64,000 nt of DNA from Octopus vulgaris (GCA_951406725.2 OX597828.1:27094001-27158000); one strand, 5' to 3'; positions 39,447 to 53,870 are shown, counted from the first letter of the stretch. The notes: generated by a model from the letters alone, not told the origin. Numbers and translations: made by a program.

Positions 39447-40975
39447 CTCGTATCATGTGTGTATATATAGTTAAATATATATATATGTGTATGTGTGTGT
39501 TCATGTGTGTATTTGCATTATAATGTTTGTATTGGGTAGAAACCTGGTACATTCCATATTCAGCACTCACTATGGACTACTGACTGTCTACACTTCAAGA
39601 CCAGTACTTAAATTGAGGCATATGTAATGATGCAGGAATGTCAGGTTCTTACCCATTGGAATAACTGGTATGGAAATGTTTCATCACGTAATAAACAAGT
39701 CCTGGATGAAGATGAATAATTAATGTAGCACAATTATAATATGCATTGCACTTGTATCAGTAGCATTCTGTCTTGATCCAGATCTTATGTAAGTGATTAT
39801 GCATGATAAAATGACCTAATATCTGTATATGTTTACACCCTGTTTACCAGTTGTACAGTATAGTAGGAGTCTGAAATGTGACACTTTGGCATATTCAACT
39901 TACCCATCCATCTCTCATCCTTCTCCTGTCTACTGTTTGGTCGTTACTATTCTGCTGTTCAGTGCTGTCACTCATCTTCAGTACTCTCCGATTCCCATCG
40001 TTCACTCACTCATACTCTGTCTGTCGGTCTCTCTCTCTCTCTTCCTCCCCTAAAATATGGCAAGTTGTGTAGCTTCACCACAGTAAGAAACCTGTTCCAC
40101 TCTGACCGTTTCTCTCATGCTATCTTTCTCCTCACTTCTCTTAGCTTTAACTTGATCTCCCAGGGTTTGTAACCTTTCAAATTGCATGACAGCCTCGCTC
40201 CTGATGGGTTCAGAAAGAAAAAAAAGAAAATGAAAAAGAGCTTAGTACATACTGCCAAGTGGTTGGTGTTAGAAAGGACATCAAACCACAGAACCCATTC
40301 CAAAGCAGACACAGCAGCACAATACAGCCTGTGGGTTTACTGGATCTTGTTAAACTAGCAAACCTATGCCAGCATCTAGCATGGACATTAAGTGGTGTTG
40401 TGGTGGTGATGATGATGATGATGATTATGTATTTGATCAGGTTTAATCATTTTTATGTAATGTAGTTCGAAAAGGAATGGTACCGAAACAAATGTAACGA
40501 GTATTAAACTTGTGCTACACTGACTCTTCATCTTCTTCCTTGACTTATGTATGTATATGTATATTCTTTGCATACGGGCAGGTGTATATGTTCAAATATA
40601 TATATATATATCTATACAAAATCAGTAAATAAAAAGTATTTGCTATGCTCTACATAAAATTACTTAATTAAAAAGCATGTTAAAAAGCGGTTACAACTTT
40701 ACCTTACTTCATCGTTCTGTCTGTCTATCTTACTGACTCTGTGTCTATCCTTTCCGAATTCAAGACACATTTTAAAACTTGCTACACCCATCCCACCCCA
40801 TCAAAACTATGTTAAAATATGTTTCCTAATTTAGATTGTATGTAGCTACAGAAACACACACACACACACATGCACATATACATTCTACATATATATGGGT
40901 ACGTGTGCGTGTGTGTATTTATATATATATATATATGTATATGTACCTGTGTGTGTACATAAACATACATAACTT

Positions 40976-41012
<37 letters not shown>

Positions 41013-41047
41013 ATGCAAGTGTATGTATGTATATTTATATATATATA

Positions 41048-41080
<33 letters not shown>

Positions 41081-41561
41081 GAGATAGAGAGGGTGAGGAT
41101 TGATAAATAGATATATGTACACATAACATGCATATACATATAAAATAGAACACATGCACACACTCATGCATACACACATATATACACAATCAACTTTATA
41201 ATTGTTGTATCTAATATTAGACCACATACATATACGTCTACTGCCACATCTGTTACAGCTAATATTAGAATACACACATACACACACACACACACATCTT
41301 TAGTTCTTATTCCAAGTAAACGTTTTATTTATTTATCCTTTTTTTTTTTTTTTTGATTCCAGGGAAATTGAAAATTGATTTTTCCCAAAATTTTCAATTT
41401 CCTTTAACTTGAAAAAATTTCTTTTCCCCCAAATATGCTGCTGAAATTTGTATAAAATGGACACTCGTGTATACAATGATCCCTGCCGCACACATTGACA
41501 AACACACATGCTCACACTTTCTCTTTTGTATGTGTATGTATGCATAAATGTGTATGTGTGC

Positions 41562-41603
<42 letters not shown>

Positions 41604-41692
41604 ATACACACATACATTGATAGATACTCATATTTATATGCACAAATACATACACATTCATCTGTATATATGTATGTGTGTGTATATATATG

Positions 41693-41727
<35 letters not shown>

Positions 41728-43034
41728 GTATATATATATATGTGTGTGTATGTATGTATATGTATATATGTGTGTGTATGTATATATGTGTGTGTGTATG
41801 TATGAGTATGACTGTAAGTATGTATACATATATATGTGTATGTACGTATATATATATGTACTTATACATATGTGTGTGTGCACGTATGTATGTATATGTA
41901 TATACATGTTTGTGCACGTGTGTATGTATATATATATATACATATAAATATGTATGTGTGTGTGTGTTCCTGTGTGTGTATGTATGCACTTAAAAAGCAT
42001 ACACACATATTCATAAGCCATATTTTTATAGCTGTTTTAGAGAAAAAAAAATGAAAGCTAACAAATTTTTGTCCAGTGTAATTTTTGAAAATTTCCTGGC
42101 AAATGCTCTGTATATAATTACAATTCTAAGAAATCTGCATTGAATGAGGGAAAACCTATTCTTAGCAGTTGTAACCATTAAAATTACCATTTATAAACAT
42201 ATGCTGCTTGTTGGAACCATTCTGAGAATGAAGACTCATCTTGCCTCTATTTTTTCTCCTAACTTACGCATCTGTCCTCATTTATCACTGATTCATCCGT
42301 CATTGATCTGGGATATCACTGTATGCTCATTTGTGAACAATGTTCTGCTTGTCATGGATTGATCTGTGTGATAACATGGGTCAGCAATATGTCAAAGATT
42401 CTGGTTGATCTGAAAAGCAGGCCCCAACAACCATCCAAAATGCTCAGCTTCCCAGAATATGCTGATTATTGCTTGTGCTTACATGACCATGCCGTGAGGT
42501 TGGGTGTTTCTTATTTGGATTGTCAATCACATTCCAATCAGCATAGCTCTAGAGAAAAGAAAACAAAAACCCAAAGGTACCTGAGCTGAACAAACGACAA
42601 AATTAAGGGTATTTATTATTTATTGATCATATGTTATTATATTTAACTTTATATATTCTTCCAACCATGAAACACTATTGTGTGTTGTGTATGTTTAAAG
42701 ACAGGTTTCTGGGTCTTATTTGGGTAAGTTAAGGGGAGAACTCTGGGGCTCAGAATGAAACTGTTTGCATCCCCATATTCATTTATCACTGTTCCATTCA
42801 GCACAGTGTTTTTTTTTTTTCTGAACATGCATTCACACACACAATGTGTTTTTACAATTTCTGACTACTAAATCCACTACAAGTCTTTGATAGATGCAGA
42901 GCTGCAGTTGAAGGCATTTTCCCATAATAAACAACAATTAATGTATTAGCTTGGTGTATAAGAACGCTACCTCTGAACAAATGATGCGAGAATTACTATT
43001 TTTAGATCTGACGAGAGATATTCAGCAACAGTAC

Positions 43035-43385
43035 TTCGGAGTAAAGATTTTTGCCAAATTAACATGGCAGTCCTGATTTAGGACGAATGTTGCTATAATT
43101 TAGCCCCAGGAAACCTCATCTCCAGCTGGCTATATGACACAATCTGTGTCCTTATATTTTCGAACAAGGGAATCCTGCACCCCCACTCAGCTCAAAACAA
43201 TTATTCTGCGCTGATGAAGAGAAATAACTCAGAAATCATGATACACAGATATTGTTCGAAAAATATAAGGACACAGATCATGTCGTATACCCAGCTGGAG
43301 ACGATGTCTCCTGTGGTTAAGTTACAGCAACATTTGTCCTAAACCAGGACTGCCATGTTATGTTGGCAAAAATCTTTGCTCCAAA
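43035..43385. mobile_element. Foldback/MITE-like element, ~133-bp arms (43035-43167, 43252-43385), 84-bp spacer
   Basis: ggagtaaagatttttgccaa...tgtgtccttatattttcgaacaa mirrored; no TSD recognised. Confidence 0.85.
43206..43248 (+). ncRNA. Minimal type I hammerhead motif with palindromic stem III
   Basis: ctgcg-CTGATGA-a-gag(aaataa)ctc-a-GAA-ATCATGAT-A-cacag; predicted AUA site. Confidence 0.65.
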
Positions 43386-44534
43386 TGAAGCGAGGTTTAA
43401 TTTCTTTGTTAATCTTGTTTGTTAAGTTTTTGATCCAAACATTGAACTCTCCTGTTCTAATTTAGTGATATTTCAACACTTTTGACAATAACTTACCCAA
43501 GGTATGTCCAGGTCTCAGGTTCCAAACTACCTGGTTTTAAATTATCTTCCATAAAAATGTCATGGTTAATTATGTTCTGGGACTTTGAAGGGTTTAGTCA
43601 AATAGATCAATCTCAGTACTTCTATCTTTGTTAAGCTTGCTACTTATTTTTGCAGTCACTTTTGCTGAACTGCTAAGTTACAGGGATATAAACACCCAAC
43701 CCTGGTTGTCAAGCAATGATAGAGGACAAACACAAAGTGCTACAGACACCTAGACGGATACATCATTATCATATGAAGATATATATAAGAAACAAAATAG
43801 GAAAGTGGAAGCTTTTTGTATTCTTCATTCTCCATTACTAAAAAGTTTCTTTTCCAACTACATACTACTGCTTGGGCCCAACCCTGTGTGTAGATTTGGT
43901 AGATGGAAACTGAGAGAAGCCCATTGTGTTATATATATATATATATGTTGACATAGAGAATTTCATTCTGATCAAGATTTTTATTTAAATATGAGTGGCT
44001 TTACATTTGGACTGTCTGAGTTGTGTGTGTGTGTATGCGTGTGTGTGTGCATGTGTATGTATGACTAGCTGGGTGGATGTCCTAAAGAGATTATTAAATG
44101 AGATGACTCACTGAATTAAGACACAAAGAAGAGATTTTGCATTGCAGACCTATCAAACCTTCACACTGTGGCATAGAAAAATAAGAAAAAAACAAAAATA
44201 GTACAATCAAAACAAGATAAACATACACTTATATGGTCCTAGTCCCACCACCAGCAGTGATGTTGATGGTAACGAGGACGATGTCGATGATGAGGATGAC
44301 ATGATGATGACAATAATAAGGATGATGGTGGTGACACTACACAGATGAGACATATGTGCATATCATACATAAAACGTAATCAGTAACACAAAAAGAAAAT
44401 TAACCTCAGCTTCTCCCATCACACTCTCTCTTCCCTTTCTCCCTCCCACTCTTCTCCCCCTTCCTCCTCTCTCCCTCTCCATCTTTTCTATCTGACCAAC
44501 TACCATCACTGATGAAATTTGTTAATATTTTGTT

Positions 44535-44569
<35 letters not shown>

Positions 44570-45767
44570 TTTTTTTTTTTTTATTTTTTTTTTTGACTAG
44601 ATGATCTTCGCATAATTAGATTATCCCATATCTTTCTACTTTATAGGTCCACAGCTAGTAACTAAACATGTCATTACCATTTTTACTGTTTACTTTGAAT
44701 TACTCTTCTCTGATGTTTATGCTGTCTACGAGGATTTTCTAACAAGTTTTTTTTTTCTTTCCATTTTTTTTTTTTTTTACATTTTTTGGCATTGCTTTTT
44801 GTTGGTGCTTCTTGGTTTATTTTTTTGTGTTTTGAGCTTCAATTTTTTTTGTTATATTTATTTTATTTATTGTTTTCAATTTTTTTTTCTGTTTTTCTTT
44901 TCGTTTGGTATCTATTTAGTTTTTACATATATGCAGTATGTGCATGTATAAGAATGTGTGTGTGTTTCCTGTCCATTAATTTTACTGGTGATAATGATGA
45001 TAGTTATTGTGTTGTTCACCATCATCATCATCATCATCAACAGCAGCATTTCTATCATGGATGGTTATCAGAATCACTTGAATCTTCCCTTACTACAGAA
45101 TCCCCATCTTCCTTGATTCAAACATCATCAAAATTACTTTCACCACCATCACCTCCATAATCATCATCATCATCAACTTCACCTTCATTATCATCATTAT
45201 TATTATAATAATCATCTTCATCATCATCGTAATTATGAAACGTTGTTGTTGTTCTTCTTACCGTTATCATTATGATTCACAAAATATGAACGTCACCATA
45301 ATTATGAAACATTATGGAATATTATCATCATCATCATCACCTATATTTTCATCATCTTTGACGCTGTTGTTGTCATCCTTATCATCATCATCATCGTCAT
45401 CATCATCACTTCTTCACCACCACCATCACCATCATTATGATCATCATCATCAACTAGTTAGTTAGTTAGTCCATATTTTGGGGTGTTTTTATATATATTT
45501 TTTTTCTATTTTGTTAATTTCTGGTAATTTCTCTTTGGATATATGCACCCACATGAAACCCCACCTAAAAGAGTCCTTAAATGACCACCATGTTAAGTTG
45601 TGGTTTTCAGTCTTGTGAAGTTTTTTCCTTTGATGACAAAAAAAAAAAAATAAGCAAACAGAAAATAAAAACAAATCACAAATAAGGCATAAAATAAATA
45701 TATACCATATTAAATTAATAGATAAATACAGTTGGCTTATTTTATTTCTCTTTTTCCCTTCACCATC

Positions 45768-45803
<36 letters not shown>

Positions 45804-45838
45804 CATTATTATTAATATTATTATTATTATTATTATTA

Positions 45839-45881
<43 letters not shown>

Positions 45882-46030
45882 TACTATCGTTATTATTAAT
45901 ATTATTCTTAGATATTATTTATTATTAGATATTATTAGATATAAAAAATACATTGCCTTTACTATATTTTTATGTCTCCTATATTCCACACACATACATA
46001 CACACACACATGCTAGGTACTACCACCACC

Positions 46031-46079
<49 letters not shown>

Positions 46080-46458
46080 CACACCTGTTTGATAATGTTG
46101 ATATCATCATTACAAGCATAATTCTCTCCACCGCTATCAGTTTAACTTTCTCTTCGTTCATGAAATATTATGCTATCCATCACACACACACATGCACACA
46201 CACATGTTTTTCCCAATTCATCCCTTCTGGCTGATGTCAATTTTTACAGTGTCTTTACTTGTTTTTGACCAGTCTATATTAATGTTTGCCTGTGAATGTA
46301 TGTGTATATATGTATGAATATATCTCTGTGTAAAGACTATATGTTTCTATGCAGATCTTTATATGCCAGCATCTGAGCATGTGTATATAATATCAAGTTT
46401 TGCTATGTTGTTTCTTTTTTAGGTGAATATTCAATGATATCTATGAATGAATTTATCC

Positions 46459-46492
<34 letters not shown>

Positions 46493-46515
46493 ATGTCTGT
46501 CTGTCTATCTATCTG

Positions 46516-46553
<38 letters not shown>

Positions 46554-46843
46554 CATCCATCTATCTATCTATCTATCCATCCATCCATCTATCCATCCAT
46601 CTATCTATCCATCCATCCGTCTGTCCATCCGTCCGTCTGTCTGTCTGTCTATTTGTGTGTATGTATATTTTTTCCTGGTTTTCTCTCCTCTTTTCTCATT
46701 TCCTCTTGTGTTTTCCTCTTTCCAGAACTTTTCTCTGTTTGTTCTATGAAGTACCATGCCTGAAATGTTGTCCTTCTATTCTATAACTTGCACTTTACAT
46801 TATTTACATTTGACGGATATTTGTCCTAATCTTGTTCGTTGTT

Positions 46844-46889
46844 AGCACAACGTTTCAGCTGATATACTCTCCAGCCTTCATCAGGTGTC
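46844..46889 (-). ncRNA. Minimal type I hammerhead motif in the Penelope-like 3' region
   Basis: gacac-CTGATGA-a-ggctg(10 nt)cagct-GAAAC-GTT-gtgct; AACGTT palindrome as stem III. Confidence 0.75.
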
Positions 46890-47069
46890 TTGGGGAAATT
46901 TCGAACCTGGTTTCTCATTTCTAAGGTATTTTTCGATGTTATTGTCTGGAATCAAACTCGGAATCTTGGGGTTAGTAGCCTGTGATCTTAACCACTAAGC
47001 CATATGCCCATGGGTAATTATGAAGTGAATTTTAGGGCTTATAAGTCTAATATTTTTCTATCCTTCCTT

Positions 47070-47735
47070 AATACCGGTCCCCATATGCTATTCATATCTG
47101 CAGTCCTAGCATATGTGCTGCTTTTTTTAGTTTTTTTTTTCGTATTTTCCAGTGGTGCTCTCTGTCTATTATTTTAACTTCATCCCAAAGGTGGAGGTGG
47201 GCTCCATTTTTCCATACATGAACAGCTATACCTGATTTATTAATATCTCCTTATGTCACAGCTTTGCGGTGTTCCTCTACACTTATTTTGAGGGGGCAGC
47301 ATGTTTCACCTTTGTATAACCTACCACAGCTGCATGGGATGGAGTACATGCAGTCTTTGGTCATATTCTCTTCTATTGGTGGTTTTACTCGAAGGAGATA
47401 TTTGCAAAGTGCTGTATTACTCTTGAATACTGTCCCGATGTCATATGGGCCACATATCTTTTGTATCTTTTCAGCGATGCCTTTTACATAGTGTAGACAG
47501 ACTGTGGACAGTTTATTGGTTTCATCCTCTCTCTTCTTCATAACTGGAGTGGAGAGTATGTTTTAGGGGTAGTTTTTGCTTAATAGATTGTTACTGTAGT
47601 TGATCACTTCATGATCGCTACTTATATTCTTTGCACGTTGTTTTAGGCCCTGAGCAATCCCTCTCTTTACACTGTATGGATGGTGGGAATTGAAGTTGAG
47701 GTATCGTCCAGTGAATGTTGGCTTCGAGTATATGG
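47070..47735 (-). pseudogene. Penelope-like RT thumb + GIY-YIG endonuclease remnant
   Basis: IYSKPTFTGRYLNFNSHHP..VKRG..RA; LHYVKGIAEKI..TVFKS; CMYSIPCSCGRLYKGET..EEH; WDEVKIIDREHHWKIRK; in-frame stops. Confidence 0.92.
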
Positions 47736-47927
47736 GTGTCCTGAATACATATTTGGTGCATGTTATTAATACGTCAAATGTAAATAATGTACATAATTCC
47801 TCATCCCTTAAATATAGAACAGAACTTGCAATTTATAATATTCTTCTTTATTTAAATTTCAACCTCATAATATTAACTTTGAACATCCCTTGGACTTTTT
47901 GTTGTATTTGATTTTTTTTTTTGTTAT

Positions 47928-47962
<35 letters not shown>

Positions 47963-49687
47963 AATATGGTCATCAACCACTTCTGTATAGCAGATATATC
48001 TGTCGAACAGGCTTGGTAGCTCTTCTGTTGTGGACCTTCAGGTGACTCCCAAGCACTGGTTTTGCTTGAAATAGGGTGTTGCAATTCCTACCACTTACCA
48101 CAATGTATTACTGTTTATATCTATTCATCTTTTAGGTACGATACATCCAAAAGAATATATGTGTGGTGTATACCTATTTTTAAATATATGTCTTGTTATT
48201 TTGACAACTTTCCTCTTTCGTTTTTTTCTTCATAAGCATGATCATTTCTCCTGCTTTTTTGACAAGATATTGTCGAGAGGATATAATTCTCAACACCCTG
48301 TCTGTGGTGCTTTAATTCAAATCACTGGTGGTGTTTCATTGTGTTTTTAGAAATCTGGTTTGATCCTACTGTGTAACACCTGAGACCCAGGTAGATGGAA
48401 AGTGTGCAGAAGCCTGTTAATTAAGCCCTTCTTGTCTGTGGGTCATGGACATAGTCTGTCCCTCAGCTTCACACTATCACCTGTCCTTTTGCTGCCTTCA
48501 TTAGAGTATAGTCTTTTGCTGATATTTTCACAGAGAACCTTCACTTTCTTCTCATTAATCCTTCAAGGAGATTAAAATAAAAACCAAAAAAAAGGGGCCC
48601 ACATTCTCTAATCATCTTGATCTTCTCTTACCCTTGAATGCAGACTTGTGTTCAGATTACAAGCCATGCACGGAGGCTGGTGATATGCAGCATCTGCCCC
48701 AAACCTCAAATCTCACCAAGCATCCAGTGTTAGCTTTCTTGGATTCCCAAGAATTTATGTTGATTGAGGTGGTCATGGTTGGTGGGGTGGGGAGATAGTG
48801 GTGCTCTGTGGGATATAACATGTTTAACCTTTGCAAAAGAAAAAAAAGAAAAAAAAAACAAAATCCCTTTCCTCTCAACACTGATTTTGAGATTGCTTAT
48901 GAGCATGATGATGGTAGTGATGTCATAGACAAGAATGACATTACTGGTAGGGGAGATGATAACTGCGACAGTGGTGGTGGTGGTGGTGGTGGTATGCACT
49001 TTCATTATGATGCTTCTATGAGAGATGTTAGGGTTGGTGGGTTTGGTATTAGTGATTAGGAGGATGATGATGATGATGCTAATATTATTGATGATGATGA
49101 TGATGTTGATATCATACAATAACTACACTCCAAAAAATAAACACGTCATCTTTACCACTGTTTCCCTTCTCTTCACCTCCTTCTCCACCATCTCCTCCTC
49201 TTCATCATCATCATCATCATCACCATCATCGTGAATGGCAGTACTATAACTATGTAGACTGTTTAAAAATATGAAGTTTATTGCAAGCCGGTGCTGTTAA
49301 TAATCTCTACAATTAGGCTGTCAATAAAGGTCAGCTTCAACATCGAGACTTAAATTTCTGTTAGGCTTTTGTCGATTCTCATCTTTTCTCTCTCTATTAT
49401 CTCTCATTTCACTTTTCTGTTTGCTTCTCTCGTAAGCATTCTCTGTGGAAATCTTCATCATCGTGCGTGTGTATGTGTGAGAGAGAGGGATTCTGTGTGT
49501 GTGTGTGTGTGTGAGGGATTCTGTGTGTGTGGCGGGGTTCTGTGTGTGTGTATTTGAATTTATGTCAGGTGTGTTCACACATACATACACACATGTATAC
49601 ACATACACACAATTATATTTATACACACACACACACATACACATATATAAACTACACTTGTGTGCACACACACAAGCACATGCACAG

Positions 49688-49731
<44 letters not shown>

Positions 49732-49857
49732 GGTTGGGTTGTTTTGAGTTGTACTGTGTGGAACTAATGTGAGTTTTAAATGTATGCCTGTGTATATGGA
49801 TATGGATATGCACACACCATACATGTTTCTGTATGTGTAGATATTGTAAATATATAC

Positions 49858-49902
<45 letters not shown>

Positions 49903-50210
49903 TGTATGTATATAGGCGTGTGTATGTATACATATACACATGTACATATATAATTTATTTAATGTTATTGTTTCTTCCCTTTGATTTGGGTGCAGCTCAA
50001 CTATTGTTTATGAGAAGCAACAACAACAACAACAACTACTACAGCTGCTGCTGCTGCTACTACATTTAGTAACACCCTATCACTACTAATTCCACTCACT
50101 GCTCCATTACCACTACCAATCTCACAGACGCAACCATAAACCCCACCACCACCGTCACCACACCCACTTACCCCCACTAACGGTAATTCTGTCCACTTTA
50201 TTGTGCACAG

Positions 50211-50266
50211 TTTGCATTACGCTCGCTCCCGACTCAGAAATGTCCAGTCTCTGCCGCTCTCCCCAC
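50211..50266 (+). CDS. Weak candidate exon LHYARSRLRNVQSLPLSP
   Basis: CACTAAC branch-like motif ~30 nt upstream, cacag acceptor, CpG-rich unique sequence; weak donor (gtgtgt). Confidence 0.25.
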
Positions 50267-51055
50267 GTGTGTGTGTGTGTGTGTGTGCCCAGCTATCAAG
50301 TTCTCACTAATGTCAACTTGATCAAGCATTCGTGCTCAATTGCTAGCAAAAGCTGAGATATCTACTTAACTATTTATATAGTCATTGTGTTCGTCTCTTT
50401 GATATGGTCTCTGTTGCCAGACAAACATATTTAATTTTTAATTCCTACTTGAATTTGAACACTCTTTTATAGTCAATTATCATGCATCAAGGAATGTTGT
50501 TTTCTTCCATAATAAGTTGGGTTGGCGTTTTACAGTTGGATATTGTGCTAATCAGCAAATGCTTGCAGCAGCACTAATATTATCTGATATACTTACAAAT
50601 GTGTTTGTTTTATTTTTTTGTTTGTTTTTTTTTTTTTTTGGTACACTCACTAAAGTTCTCTTTCTATATTTAAATTACACTTAACAATTTTTATTAGTTT
50701 TACCTTTATTTAAAAAAAAAAAAAATTGTTTCTTTTACTATTTTAAATTGTCCTAATCTCCAAGATGGATTCTCTTTAATCCCCAGCAGAAAGATTTAGA
50801 TTGTTCTTTTAAATGGTATACAGATATAAAGGTTCTTGGTTCAGTTTTCAACAGTTGCAGTTGGACACATGAAGACATGTGGCCTTTAATTCTTGGCCTA
50901 GGTGTGGGGACGGTCATTGTGTTCTTGAGCAAAACACTTCATTTCATGTTGCTCCTAGTCAATATATTTAGGTATAATTTTTATGACTTTGGTCACTTGT
51001 ATGCCATAGCCCTGCCTGCCTAACCAGTAATGTGACAATTTGAAAGCTACAACAA

Positions 51056-51457
51056 GGTGGCGAGCTGGCAGAAACGTTAGCACAGCGGGCAAAATGCTTA
51101 ACGGTATTTCGTCTGTCTTTATATTCTGAGTTCAAATTCTGCTGAGGTCAGCTTTGCCTTTCATCCTTTCGGGGTCGATTAAATAAGTACCAGTAATGCA
51201 CTGGGGTTGATGTAATCGACTTAATACCTATGTCTGTCCTTGTTTGTCCCCTCTATGTTTAGCCCCTTGTGGGTAATAAATAAATGGGTATTTCGCCTGT
51301 CTTTATGTTCTGAGTTCAAATTCTGCTGAGATCAACTTTGACTTTCATCCTTTCAAGGCTGATAAATTAAGTACCAGTTGTGTAGTGGGGTCAATCTAAT
51401 TGACTGGACCCCTCCCCAAAAATTTCAGGTCTTATGCCTAGAGTAGAAAAGATTATA
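51056..51457 (+). mobile_element. Dimeric family-D SINE, 15-bp TSD
   Basis: TSD tgaaagctacaacaa at 51041-51055 and 51458-51472; internal domain duplicated. Confidence 0.9.
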
Positions 51458-52289
51458 TGAAAGCTACAACAATTTGAGGAAGCACATTGTGGCCAGCATT
51501 GTAAAACAGCATCCAACAACCTAGTTGAGACTGAGAAATGCACACACACTCTCTCTCTCACACACACATCCGTTGGGCCACCAATGCCTTGTGAGGAAAT
51601 TTGGTAGATGGAAACTGTGTGGAAGCTTGTCAGGATGGAATTACAACCGTGTTTCGTGTTCTGCTACCGCAACAGCTCCTTTATAGGATCCATTTAGCTC
51701 AAGACATCATCAGGAGGAACCACGTCCAGTTTCGGGCCCCTACTCCTCTACCGTTTTGACGTGGCAGGGGCCCCCCCTTTCAGAGGTGTCTTCAGCTCTG
51801 GTGTTGGGTGCATGTCTTCTTTCTTATATGTTTGTGTGTGTGCATATGGGTATGTCTTGGTGCTCATGTTCACACCTCACCCCTGTATACACTGTGTGAC
51901 ACAATCTATGTTGGATAGTTTTTATCCTTATAACTTAGCAGTTTGGCAAAGAAACTGACAGAATGAGTGCAAGACTAGACATAGGTACTGGGTTTGCTTT
52001 GTTGTGTCTAAACCTTTCAAAACAGTGTCCCAGAATGGCTGCCATCCAATGACTGAAATAAATAAAAAATAAAAAAAAAGAGAAACTCTTATTTGTTTTT
52101 ACGTATTCATATTGGCACTGATATATTTTACTTTATAAATAATTATTAATGAGTCCAACTAATGCAGTTCCCTTGTCCCTGATGTGCACTTTGCAATAAA
52201 ACACATTTTGTTGGATGCAGCTTACTCAATGAAATGCATGCACATACAATAATTCTAATGATACGAGATGTGTTTGATGCTGATATCAC

Positions 52290-52680
52290 ATAACTGGCAC
52301 TTGTGCTGATGGCACATATTGAGCACCTTTCCAGCATTGGACCTCATGGAGGCAAAGTGGCTGGGCTCCTTTTGAGTGTTGGGCCTCACAGAGGCAATGA
52401 CTGAGACATTTGGCATTATGTCATGCTTCAGAATAAGACCCATCAAGCCAAGCAAGATCACAGTCATGGCACATACCGGTGTCACGCAAAGGGCATCCAT
52501 ACCGGTGGCACATAATGCCACCCATTACACTCTTAGAGTGTTTGGCATCAGGAGGGCATCCAGCCATGAGAACCATGTCAAATCAGGCTGGAGTCTGGTG
52601 CAGCCTTCCAGCTTACCAGCCCTGGACAAACTGTCCAACCCATGCCAGCATGGACAAACAGGCATTAAATGATGATGATA
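52290..52680 (+). mobile_element. Retroposon family B, longer copy
   Basis: gggcatccagcc...ctggtgcagcc...ccaacccatgccagcatgg...attaaatgatgatg. Confidence 0.75.
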
Positions 52681-53870
52681 GTGGCATTGAAGTTTCACAG
52701 GTCATTGACTTTATATGTTTAGTTAATAGTTAATGTTCACTGTGTATGTATGGCTATAAAAGCTTTGTTTATCCATCTATGCATCTATCTGAGGTGCATG
52801 GCTCAGTGTTTGGCGTGTTGTACTCCTGAATGTAAGATTGTGGTTTCAAATCCTGGACTGTTCAAATCATTGTATTCTTGAGGAAATCACATCATTTCAC
52901 ATTGCTGCAGTCCACTCAGCTGACAAAAGTGAGTTACCCTGCAAAGGATCAGCTTCCAATCCAGGGAAGAATATTTATGCCTCATAGATTGGGAAACTAG
53001 CTGTTATGAGCCTGTGACTTTGGGAAGGACCTTTCATCGTTTCTGATGGTAATTTCAAATTTGTTTTTTTAAAAAACAAGTTCAAGAATAACAAAACATA
53101 TATTGATGGACAGTAAATATGCCAATACTGCTGAGTTTTTACTTATGAGGTAGTAACCGGCCCTACAAGTTGTAGGTGGGGGGGTGTGTGCTGGTTACCT
53201 GGCTGTCATTGGTGCATAAGTGGCTAAGATCACAGCATTTTCCCCTGAATGAAATTATACAGTCACTCATTTACAACTGAACAAACAGGAGCAATGTGAA
53301 ATGAAGTGTTTTGCTTAAGAACACACCACACTGCCTAACCTGGGAATTGAAACCATAATCTTGCGATTTCATGTGCAATATCCAAATTACTGATGGGGGA
53401 CTCAACACTAAAAGGCAAATCAGTCTGTTACATAATCAATTTTGAAGTCAAAATTGATTTTCTAACATATAATGTGCACGTGTGTATGTATATATGTGTG
53501 TGTGTAAGTATATATACATATATATATATATATATACTCACCTTTACACATATTTGTCATGTGTGTATATGTTTTGTAGAGGGTTGTTATTTTGAAATTA
53601 GATTTGGTTTCAAGATTTTTCTCAATGTTCATTGAAAGGAAAGAAATATCTATGGGACAAATTTCATTTACAGATGCAAAAATAACCAAAAAGTTAAAAT
53701 TGTGATTTATTTTTTGAAAATACATTACTGTTTGTTTGTTTGTTTTTATTTTCTTTTTTTAAATACAAAACCAAAATTCCTTCAGTTAATTCTTTGAATT
53801 TGTGTTTCTTTTTCATAGTATTTGAGTTTATAGTATGATATAGCACTGTCTTTTAAAATAGATGATCATA

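Larger units (their letters stand above)
46798..47822 (-). mobile_element. Penelope-like retroelement, 5'-truncated and inverted, 13-bp TSD
   Basis: TSD aacttgca(c/a)ttta at 46785-46797 and 47823-47835; body on the - strand, terminal ~50 nt (47772-47822) on the + strand. Confidence 0.88.

Noticed and set aside
43008-43034. CTGACGA just left of the foldback element
   Set aside because: No GAAA and no stem I partner found.
44786-45160. His/Gln/Ser-rich ORF
   Set aside because: Built on (CAT)n and T-rich low-complexity sequence with no clear splice sites; not excluded, but unsupported.
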